From Macrostomum lignano (taxonomy: Eukaryota), in assembly GCA_002269645.1 (NCBI GenBank), contig NIVC01002263.1, positions 1 through 64,000 on the forward strand: a DNA stretch of 64,000 bases. Direction: 5' to 3'. Below, piece after piece: positions 38,001-50,000 of the stretch; positions within the stretch are counted from its first letter, which is position 1, and each line of letters begins with the position of its first letter. Made by a program: the position numbers and the translations under genes. A model generated the notes under the pieces. It was not told the DNA's origin. It did not search any database and saw only the letters and a list, made by a program, of their open reading frames with translations.

Positions 38001-41000
38001 GAATGCTATCAATGAGTGGGTGAATACTATTAATACGTGAGTGAATGCCATCAATGAGTGAGTGAATGCTATCAATGAGTGAGTGAATTCCATCAATGAG
38101 TGAGTGAATGCCATCAATGAGTGAGTGAATGCTATCAATGAGTGAGTGAATGCCATCAATGAGTGAGTGAATGCTATCAATGAGTGATTGAATGCCATCA
38201 ATGAGTGAGTGAATGCTATCAATGAGTGAGTGAATGCCATCAATGAGTGAGTGAATGCTTTCAATGAGTGATTGAATGCCATCAATGAGTGAGTGAATGC
38301 TATCAATAAGTGAGTGAATGCCATCAATGAGCAATAAATCAGTGTCTGGACAATGTCAATAACAAAGCCGCTGCCAATTCGCAGGTGAATGGTCATCCAA
38401 GCCCCCCATAGTCAGCGGCGAGGTGACGGTCATCGAGATTCCCAGAGGCTGCTACGATCTGGGCATCAGCTTTGTAGGCGGCTGCGACACGCCATTGGTA
38501 AGGGGCTGAGGCGCTGAGGCGCTGTCAGTCAGTTGGAACTGCACACTTTTAAAGCAACTCTGCACACGCTGAGCTGCTAATGCAAACAAGTACGGTGTTT
38601 GAGCTGGACCTCAGCATTGCGCTGATGGCCATGATTCTCTAACAGGCTCTGGGGCCAGTTTGAGGAGGGCCTGTCTGTCTGACTGTCTCTCTTAGCTATA
38701 TGCTCTAAAGTTATGAATTATGAATTATCCACCGTTGGGATTTCGTGCTTGGAAGCCGGGGCGACAGACTTGGACTGGCTGGCTAAGCTGGTTGCCTGGT
38801 AAATGAATGGGGATGAAAGAGAGAGATAGAGTGAGTGCGGACTGTGGCCTGGGCTCGTGTCCCAGTTCTAGACGTTTGAAACGACAGCTCTCAGAGACTT
38901 GATGATGCAGAAGATGCTGTCGCCCAGCTTCCCGTGCGCTGTGCCTGTCGTGTAACTGAACAGTGCTGGGGAGGAGCTAACCGCGGCCAGCTCAGCTTAA
39001 CTTGTGCAGTGCTGGTGCCAAACGCTGGGTTACTCGTACTAGCTTGAAGACTGGAAATTTGAAAAATACAATAAAAAACCCTTTAAAAAACATCGAAACA
39101 AAATGATGCTCTCCAGAAGAAAATGATTTCTGACAGTTCTGATGTCGTCTGATAATGAATAAATCTTCTTCTCCCGCTGCTGCAAGATTCTGATAATAGA
39201 ATAATGAAGAATTCATTTTCTCATTAATTTGTCGCGCCGCCTTTTTCCTCAGTTCTCGTCAATTTCCTATCATCTCTTATCAAGCCTTGAAGCTCTCCCC
39301 ATTCTCTCCAGAAGATAATAGGATTCAAAAACCGCTTACCTGTGCATGAGAAACTTGTCAGTATGAAAACCTGAGCCTGCGCTATTTTTGGCAATATCAC
39401 CCAGGTTCGTGACATCCCATTGAAGGGTCACCGTGATAGAGTCCCACAGAAAAGTCGCTGAGATAAAATCACACTGAAAGGTCACAGGAATAGAATCCCA
39501 TTAAAGTGACAGGGATAGAATCCCACTGAAAGTGACAGGGATAGAATCCCACTGAAAGTGACAGGGATAGAATCCCATTAAAGTGACAGGAATAGAATCC
39601 CATTAAAGTGACAGGGATAGAATCCCACTGAAAGTGACAGGGATAGAATCCCACTGAAAGTGACAGGGATAGAATCCCATTAAAGTGACAGGAATAGAAT
39701 CCCATTAAAGTGACAGGGATAGAATCCCACTGAAAGTGACAGGGATAGAATCCCATTAAAGTGACAGGAATAGAATCCCATTAAAGTGACAGGGATAGAA
39801 TCCCACTGAAAGTGACAGGGATAGAATCCCACTAAAAAGTGACAGGGATAGAATCCCACTGAAAGTGACAGGGATAGAATCCCACTGAAAGTGACAGGGA
39901 TAGAATCCCACTGAAAGTGACAGGGATAGAATCCCACTGAAAGTGACAGGGATAGAATCCCACTGAAAGTGACAGGGATAGAATCCCACTAAAAAGTGAC
40001 AGGGATAGAATCCCACTGAAAGTGAAGTGACAGGGATAGAATCCCACTGAAAAGTAAAGTGACAGGGATAGAATCCCACTGAAAAGTAAAGTGACAGGGA
40101 TAGAATCCCACTGAAAAGTGAAGTGACAGGGATAGAATCCCACTGAAAAGTAAAGTGACAGGGATAGAATCCCACTGAAAAGTAAAGTGACAGGGATAGA
40201 ATCCCACTGAAAAGTAAAGTGACAGGGATAGAATCCCACTGAAAAGTAAAGTGACAGGGATAGAATCCCACTGAAAAGTAAAGTGACAGGGATAGAATCC
40301 CACTGAAAAGTGAAGTGACAGGGGGGATAGAATCCCACTGAAAAGTAAAGTGACAGGGATAGAATCCCACTGAAAAGTAAAGTGACAGGGATAGAATCCC
40401 ACTGAAAAGTGGCAGGGATAGAATCCCACTGAAAGTGACAGGGATAGAATCCCACTAAAAAGTGACAGGGATAGAATCCCACTGAAAAGTGACAGGGATA
40501 GAATCCCACTGAAAAGTGAAGTGACAGGGATAGAATCCCACTGAAAGTGACAGGGATAGAATCCCACTAAAAAGTGACAGGGATAGAATCCCACTGAAAG
40601 TGACAGGGATAGAATCCCACTGAAAGTGACAGGGATAGAATCCCACTAAAAAGTGACAGGGATAGAATCCCACTGAAAGTGACAGGGATAGAATCCCACT
40701 AAAAAGTGACAGGGATAGAATCCCACTAAAAAGTGACAGAGATAGAATCCCACTGAAAGTGACAGGGATAGAATCCCACTAAAAAGTGACAGGGATAGAA
40801 TCCCACTGAAAGTGACAGGGATAGAATCCCACTGAAAGTGACAGGGATAGAATCCCACTGAAAGTGACAGGGATAGAATCCCACTGAAAGTGACAGGGAT
40901 AGAATCCCATTGAAAAGTGAAGTGACAGGGATAGAATCCCACTGAAAAGTGACAGGGATAAAACCACACTGAAAAATCACAGGGATAGAATCCCACTGAA

Positions 41001-44000
41001 AGGTCACTGGGATAAAATCCCACTGAAAAATCTTTGGGATAAAATCCCACTGAAAAATCACAGTGATAAAATCCCACTGAAAATTCACAGGGAGAAAACC
41101 ACACTGAAAATTCGGATAAAATCCTGCTTAAAAGTCATGGGGATAAAATCACTGACAAGTCTGGGATGAAATCACACTGAAAAGTCACAGGGATTTGAAC
41201 TATTTGACGCAATGTCGAGCCCTCGAGTTTTTCTCCCCTAGTCTAACCCTACCCCACATAACTCTTGCCGATTGCCTCTAATCTGAGCTAAGCTATCCTC
41301 TCGTTACATGCGCGCTGATGTGGGAGGAGGCTGCGACGGCGCCATCCATCTGAACATTTGGGTCCGCAGTTAATACTCTCGTATTGTGCGCGGGCTATGC
41401 TGCATGGCATTAGTAGTGGGTCGTGTATCTCCCCCCCCCCAGCGTGCGTTCTGAATTATTGCTGCCTGCTGCCCCCCTATCTATCCGGTTCGTGAGGCGC
41501 CTGTCTGCCTGCTGTCTACCTGGGAGGGATGGATGGGGGTCGCCATTGCCTCTCGCCATCTGGTTTGCCTGCTCTCCTGCTGCTGCTGCTGCTGCTAAAT
41601 GCTTGATATGGATTTTTATGCGCTAAATTACTGTGCCAGCTGCATTGATTGATGGCTCATTATTGATCTGCGATGGAATGCCGGCTGTTGGGTACTGTTC
41701 TGCTCATGCGGCTCCAGCTGACAGCATCAGTGCAGTAGATGGGTAATCAGCTGACAGCATCAGTACAGTAGATGAGTCACCAGCTGACAGCATCAGTGCA
41801 GTAGATGAGTCACCAGCTGACAGCATCAGTGCAGTAGATGGGTAATCAGCTGACAGCATCAGTACAGTAGATGAGTCACCAGCTGACAGCATCAGTGCAG
41901 TAGATGAGTCACCAGCTGACAGCATCAGTGCAGTAGATGGGTAATCAGCTGACAGCATCAGTACAGTAGATGAGTCACCAGCTGACAGCATCAGTGCAGT
42001 AGATGGGTAATCAGCTGACAGCATCAGTGCAGTAGATGAGTCACCAGCTGACAGCATCAGTGCAGTAGATGGGTAATCAGCTGACAGCATCAGTGCAGTA
42101 GATGGGTCACCAGCTGACAGCATCAGTGCAGTAGATGGGTCACCAGCTGACAGCATCAGTGCAGTAGATGGGTCACCAGCTGACAGCATCAGTGCAGTAG
42201 ATGAGTCACCAGCTGACAGTATCATTACAGTAGATGAGTCACCAGCTGACAGCATCAGTGCAGTAGATGAGTCACCAGCTGACAGCATCAGTGCAGTAGA
42301 TGGGTCACCAGCTGACAGCATCAGTGCAGTAGATGGGTAATCAGCTGACAGCATCAGTGCAGTAGATGGGTCACCAGCTGACAGCATCAGTGCAGTAGAT
42401 GGGTAATCAGCTGACAGCATCAGTGCAGTAGATGGGTCACCAGCTGACAGCATCAGTGCAGTAGATGGGTAATCAGCTGACAGCATCAGTACAGTAGATG
42501 AGTCACCAGCTGACAGCATCAGTGCAGTAGATGGGTAATCAGCTGACAGCATCAGTGCAGTAGATGAGTCACCAGCTGACAGCATCAGTGCAGTAGATGA
42601 GTCACCAGCTGACAGCATCAGTGCAGTAGATGGGTAATCAGCTGACAGCATCAGTGCAGTAGATGGGTCACCAGCTGACAGCATCAGTGCAGTAGATGGG
42701 TCACCAGCTGACAGCATCAGTGCAGTAGATGAGTCACCAGCTGACAGCATCAGTACAGTAGATGAGTCACCAGCTGACAGCATCAGTGCAGTAGATGAGT
42801 CACCAGCTGACAGCATCAGTGCAGTAGATGGGTCACCAGCTGACAGCATCAGTGCAGTAGATGGGTAATCAGCTGACAGCATCAGTGCAGTAGATGGGTC
42901 ACCAGCTGACAGCATCAGTGCAGTAGATGGGTAATCAGCTGACAGCATCAGTGCAGTAGATGGGTCACCAGCTGACAGCATCAGTGCAGTAGATGGGTAA
43001 TCAGCTGACAGCATCAGTACAGTAGATGAGTCACCAGCTGACAGCATCAGTGCAGTAGATGGGTAATCAGCTGACAGCATCAGTGCAGTAGATGAGTAAT
43101 CAGCTGACAGCATCAGTACAGTAGATGGCTAATCAGCTGACAGCATCAGTGCAGTAGATGGGTAATCAGCTAAAAGCATCAGTGCAATAGATTGGTAATC
43201 AGCTGACAGCATCAGTGCAGTAGATGAGTCACCAGCTGACAGCATCAGTACAGTAGATGAGTCACCAGCTGACAGTATCATTGCAGTAGATGAGTCTCCA
43301 GCTGACAGCATCAGTACAGTAGATGAGTCACCAGCTGACAGCATCAGTGCAGTAGATGAGTCACCAGCTGACAGCATCAGTACAGTAGATGAGTCACCAG
43401 CTGACAGCATCAGTGCAGTAGATGAGTCACCAGCTGACAGCATCAGTGCAGTAGATGAGTCACCAGCTGACAGTATCATTACAGTAGATGAGTCACCAGC
43501 TGACAGCATCAGTACAGTAGATGAGTCACCAGCTGACAGTATCATTGCAGTAGATGAGTCACCAGCTGACAGCATCAGTGCAGTAGATGAGTCACCAGCT
43601 GACAGCATCAGTACAGTAGATGAGTCACCAGCTGACAGCATCAGTACAGTAGATGAGTCACCAGCTGACAGCATCAGTACAGTAGATGAGTCACCAGCTG
43701 ACAGCATCAGTACAGTAGATGAGTCACCAGCTGACAGCATCAGTACAGTAGATGAGTCACCAGCTGACAGTATCAGTGCAGTAGATGAGTCACCAGCTGA
43801 CAGCATCAGTGCAGTAGATGGGTCACCAGCTGACAGCATCAGTGCAGTAGATGGGTAATCAGCTGACAGCATCAGTGCAGTAGATGGGTAATCAGCTGAC
43901 AGCATCAGTGCAGTAGATGAGTCACCAGCTGACAGCATCAGTACAGTAGATGAGTCACCAGCTGACAGCATCAGTACAGTAGATGAGTCACCAGCTGACA

Positions 44001-47000
44001 GCATCAGTACAGTTGATGAGTCACCAGCTGACAGTATCAGTGCAGTAGATGAGTCACCAGCTGACAGCATCAGTACAGTAGATGAGTCACCAGCTGACAG
44101 CATCAGTACAGTAGATGAGTCACCAGCTGACAGCATCAGTACAGTTGATGAGTCACCAGCTGACAGTATCAGTGCAGTAGATGAGTCACCAGCTGACAGC
44201 ATCAGTACAGTAGATGAGTCACCAGCTGACAGCATCAGTACAGTAGATGAGTCACCAGCTGACAGCATCAGTACAGTAGATGAGTCACCAGCTGACAGCA
44301 TCAGTACAGTAGATGAGTCACCAGCTGACAGCATCAGTACAGTTGATGAGTCACCAGCTGACAGCATCAGTACAGTTGATGAGTCACCAACTGACAGCAT
44401 CAGTACAGTTGATGAGTCACCAACTGACAGCAGCAGCAGATCTCAACCGAGTACCCAACCGCCTGCCCCCCAGAGCTGCATCGTTATCCAGGAGATCTAC
44501 ATCGACGGTCTCGTTGCTAAGGACGGCCGGCTTCGGCCCGGCGACCAGATTCTGGAGGTTAACGGCGAGGAGCTGACGCAGGCCACCCACTGCCAGGCCA
44601 AGCGGGCGCTGTCCCAGCTGAATCCCATCTGCCGACTAGCCGTGTACCGGGAGCGCACCGAGGATCCTAATAGGCCTGAGGAGCAGCTCAAAGTGACGCT
44701 TAACAAGCGCGTGGGGAAAACGCTGGGGATTAAGCTGGTTGGCAAAAAGTGAGATTCCGTTCTCTTATCATTTTTTATCTCCGTACGAGCGTAGTAACAG
44801 CCTAGCAACCAATTTGATTTGCCTTGAAACATATATTTAAGTTGCCTAGCAACCGATCCAAGTTGATAAAATATAGTTCAACGTTGCCTAGCAACCGATT
44901 CAAGTTGCCTAGAAATAGATATCTACTTTGCCTAGCTACCGATTCGAGTTGCCTAGAAATAGATATCTACTTTGCCTAGCTACCGATTCGAGTTGCCTAG
45001 AAATAGATATCTACTTTGCCTAGCAACCGATTCGAGTTGCCTAGAAATAGATATCTACGTTGCCTAGCAACCGATTCGAGTTGCCTAGAAATAGATATCT
45101 ACGCTGCCTAGCAACCTATTCGAGTTGCCTAGAAGTATATATCTACGCTGCCTAGCAACCGATTCGAGTTGCCTAGAAGTAGATATCTACTTTGTCTAGC
45201 AACCGATTCAAGTTGCCTAGAAATAGATATCTACGTTGCCTAGCTACCGATTCGAGTTGCCTAGAAGTAGATATCTACTTTGCCTAGCAACCGATTCAAG
45301 TTGCCTAGAAATAGATATCTACGTTGCCTAGCTACCGATTCGAGTTGCCTAGAAATAGATATCTACGTTGCCTAGCAACCGATTCGAGTTGCCTAGAAAT
45401 AGATATCTACTTTGCCTAGCAACCGATTCGAGTTGCCTAGAAATAGATATCTACTTTGCCTAGCAACCGATTCGAGTTGCCTAGAAATAGATATCTACTT
45501 TGCCTAGCTACCGATTCGAGTTGCCTAGAAATAGATATCTACTTTGCCTAGCTACCGATTCGAGTTGCCTAGAAATAGATATCTACTTTGCCTAGCTACC
45601 GATTCGAGTTGCCTAGAAATAGATATCTACTTTGCCTAGCAACCGATTCAAGTTGCCTAGAAATAGATATCTACGCTGCCTAGCAACCGATTCAAGTTGA
45701 TAAAAAATAGTTCTACGTTGCCTAGCAACCGATTCAAGTTGCCTAGAAATAGATATCTACGTTGCCTAGCAACCGATTCGAGTTGCCTAGAAATAGATAT
45801 CTACGCTGCCTAGCAACCGATTCAAGTTGATAAAAAATAGTTCTACGTTGCCTAGCAACCGATTCAAGTTGCCTAGAAGTATATATCTACTTTGTCTAGC
45901 AACCGATTCAAGTTGCCTAGAAATAGATATCTACGTTGCCTAGCTACCGATTCGAGTTGCCTAGAAGTAGATATCTACTTTGCCTAGCAACCGATTCAAG
46001 TTGCCTAGAAATAGATATCTACGTTGCCTAGCTACCGATTCGAGTTGCCTAGAAATAGATATCTACGTTGCCTAGCAACCGATTCGAGTTGCCTAGAAAT
46101 AGATATCTACTTTGCCTAGCAACCGATTCGAGTTGCCTAGAAATAGATATCTACTTTGCCTAGCAACCGATTCGAGTTGCCTAGAAATAGATATCTACTT
46201 TGCCTAGCTACCGATTCGAGTTGCCTAGAAATAGATATCTACTTTGCCTAGCTACCGATTCGAGTTGCCTAGAAATAGATATCTACTTTGCCTAGCAACC
46301 GATTCAAGTTGCCTAGAAATAGATATCTACGCTGCCTAGCAACCGATTCAAGTTGATAAAAAATAGTTCTACGTTGCCTAGCAACCGATTCAAGTTGCCT
46401 AGAAATAGATATCTACGTTGCCTAGCAACCGATTCGAGTTGCCTAGAAATAGATATCTACGCTGCCTAGCAACCTATTCGAGTTGCCTAGAAGTATATAT
46501 CTACGCTGCCTAGCAACCGATTCGAGTTGCCTAGAAGTAGATATCTACTTTGTCTAGCAACCGATTCAAGTTGCCTAGAAATAGATATCTACGTTGCCTA
46601 GCTACCGATTCGAGTTGCCTAGAAGTAGATATCTACTTTGCCTAGCAACCGATTCAAGTTGCCTAGAAATAGATATCTACGTTGCCTAGCTACCGATTCG
46701 AGTTGCCTAGAAATAGATATCTACGTTGCCTAGCAACCGATTCGAGTTGCCTAGAAATAGATATCTACTTTGCCTAGCAACCGATTCGAGTTGCCTAGAA
46801 ATAGATATCTACTTTGCCTAGCAACCGATTCGAGTTGCCTAGAAATAGATATCTACTTTGCCTAGCTACCGATTCGAGTTGCCTAGAAATAGATATCTAC
46901 TTTGCCTAGCTACCGATTCGAGTTGCCTAGAAATAGATATCTACTTTGCCTAGCAACCGATTCAAGTTGCCTAGAAATAGATATCTACGCTGCCTAGCAA

Positions 47001-50000
47001 CCGATTCAAGTTGATAAAAAATAGTTCTACGTTGCCTAGCAACCGATTCAAGTTGCCTAGAAATAGATATCTACGTTGCCTAGCAACCGATTCGAGTTGC
47101 CTAGAAATAGATATCTACGCTGCCTAGCAACCTATTCGAGTTGCCTAGAAATAGATATCTACTTTGCCTAGCAACCGATTCGAGTTGCCTAGAAATAGAT
47201 ATCTACGTTGTCTAGCAACCTATTCGAGTTGCCTAGAAATAGATATCTACTTTGCCTAGCTACCGATTCGAGTTGCCTAGAAATAGATATCTACGTTGTC
47301 TAGCAACCTATTCGAGTTGCCTAGAAATAGATACCCTATGAAAAATTGGGCCGAATTTTCACCCTACTCTTCACCCGAAATCGTGAGCACTTTGCAAGTG
47401 TAAAAATTGCCTGGCTACTGGCCCGGAATCATTACGAAAAGTTTGTTTTTCGGGCGATGCACCCGCATTTATACCCGAATATTTACGGGCGATTCACCCA
47501 GAATTATTTTGCTTGCAAATCCGGCCCGAACAGCTGGTCATATTTCCTGCTTTTGGTCTTAGTGATACTGTAGTGCACTATATTATAGTACGTTTTTAGA
47601 GGGCATAAAATTTACGGTGACTGCCACTTTTCATACTACAAAACTTGTATGTAGTTGAATAGGAAGATTTTGCATGTAAATGACCCCCTCCAAGAGAGCT
47701 ACATATCGAGAAGAAAATAAGGCAATTCTAGAGGGATTCAATAAGAAATTTAGATAGAAATGTTAAAACTTGGCCACATAATAAGAAAAAGTGTGCGTGA
47801 TAGTTTATTTAAATATTTAATGAATGCATTCCATACGTTCAGTAAGCAAAAGCATTAAAGCATAAAAGTAATAAAAGCAAAGGAGGGTTAAGAAAATTAT
47901 AGAAACAAACAAACAAAGTTGTAAAGAAGATAACATGCGGGGGCTTGACGTAGAGAAATCTATTTATAGGGGATTTGCAGCTAAGAAATAACCAAGTATA
48001 CTAGTACGTTTGCGACTGAAAAGAGATAGATCTAAGGCACGAGAGTGCAAGGAGAGGGGTGCGCACAGAATGCACATGTGAAATAGCTAATATAGGGAAA
48101 GTATTAGCGCGACCACGGAGAAAGGAGAGATATCAGTAATGGGGTCTGGTGCAAATCAAGGTGACTTCGCGATCCCTCTCTCCAAGTCGCAGCCACATTA
48201 CGAAGCAATGAAAAAACAAATCAGTGTTGAACAAAAACAAATGCGATAGAAATTCATAAGTTCAAAGTTTAAGCATAGATTTATAACTCAGCGAGCGACA
48301 GGATGCGATACTGCGCTTGATTGAACATGTCAGCGGTGTCACCGGTCTTGAGCCTGGTGCTGGGTGGCGTAACAGTGTCGAACCAGCGCATCTGGAGTAG
48401 AAGGGGGCGCAGTTGCAGAAAAGCGTCAATAATGTTTTAAACAACACTACAATACAAAAAAATGAAAACATCACCTGGTTTGGTCTTCGTCGCCTTTCTA
48501 GCGACGCTGGTCTTTCTCGGTAGTTGGCCCTCTCGGCATCGGGAGTAGGCACACTGCAGCTCGGATTTTTCGATTTTACATGACTTTAAAATAGACTGTT
48601 TGGGCTGGAGTATGTCGCCTAACACCAGTCCTGGGCTGGAGTATGTCGCCTAACACCAGTGCTGGGCTGAAGTATGTCGCCTAACACCAGTCCTGTGCTG
48701 GAGTATGTCGCCTAACACCAGTGCTGGGCTGAAGTATGTCGCCTAACACCAGTCCTGGGCTGGAGTATGTCGCCTAACACCAGTGCTGGGCTGAAGTATG
48801 TCGCCTAACACCAGTGCTGGGCTGAAGTATGTCGCCTAACACCAGTGCTGGGCTGAAGTATGTCGCCTAACACCAGTGCTGGGCTGAAGTATGTCGCCTA
48901 ACACCAGTGCTGGGCTGAAGTATGTCGCCTAACACCAGTGCTGGGCTGAAGTATGTCGCCTAACACCAGTGCTGGGCTGAAGTATGTCGCCTAACACCAG
49001 TCCTGTGCTGGAGTATGTCGCCTAACACCAGTCCTGGGCTGGAGTATGTCGCCTAACACCAGTGCTGGGCTGAAGTATGTCGCCTAACACCAGTGCTGGG
49101 CTGAAGTATGTCGCCTAACACCAGTGCTGGGCTGAAGTATGTCGCCTAACACCAGTCCTGTGCTGGAGTATGTCGCCTAACACCAGTGCTGGGCTGAAGT
49201 ATGTCGCCTAACACCAGTGCTGGGCTGAAGTATGTCGCCTAACACCAGTCCTGTGCTGGAGTATGTCGCCTAACACCAGTCCTGGGCTGGAGTATGTCGC
49301 CTAACACCAGTCCTGGGCTGGAGTATGTCGCCTAACACCAGTCCTGTAGTGACGGCATAGTTCCGGCGACGATGCTTAGCAGTCCCAAGGTCATCCGACA
49401 TTAATGGCCAGAGGAAAACTTGGCTAAGGGGCTTGTATACATAGCATAAATGACTTAGGAGCATGGTATGATGATGATGCTAAAATTCAGTTTATTGAGC
49501 AATAAAATCTAAACCTAAATTAAAAGGCAACTAAATTGATTATTAATAATTTTCCTTAATTATAATGGTATAAGTACACTGCTTAGAATGTTAAATCTGA
49601 TGGTAAATGTTTATTCTACAAAACATATTTAGATTATAAGATCTAAAAAATTCATATAAGATCAAAAAGAAGGCTTTATGTATAAGATATAAAGGGCCTC
49701 TATCTCTGGGAATATGTTAAATTTTAATAAATAAATAGGCTAATTGCTAGCAATCGACAACAGCTATTTTAATTTTTGCTAAAATCGGTCACACACACAC
49801 AGACAGACCACTTTTAGTATAATGGATTTTTTCGCTTATGCATAGTGCAGACTGATTGATTTCATTATAACAAATCAATATTATATTTATCATCCAAGAT
49901 TATTATTAAGCCTGTTGAGACTGGACTTAATTAAATTATAATTTACTATGTGGCTGCCAGTTCCTGAACCGGGGCAGGGGGTCAGGCCTTGCTGTTGACT

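Noticed and set aside
41704-44400. 469- and 423-aa MLSAGDSSTAL repeat proteins
   Set aside because: 33-nt array read antisense within an LNX intron; no unique domain.
43900-44473. + strand ADSISTVDESP frame runs without a stop into LNX exon 7
   Set aside because: A one-in-three chance for a 33-nt unit, and inclusion would split PDZ1. The normal acceptor at 44473 fits.
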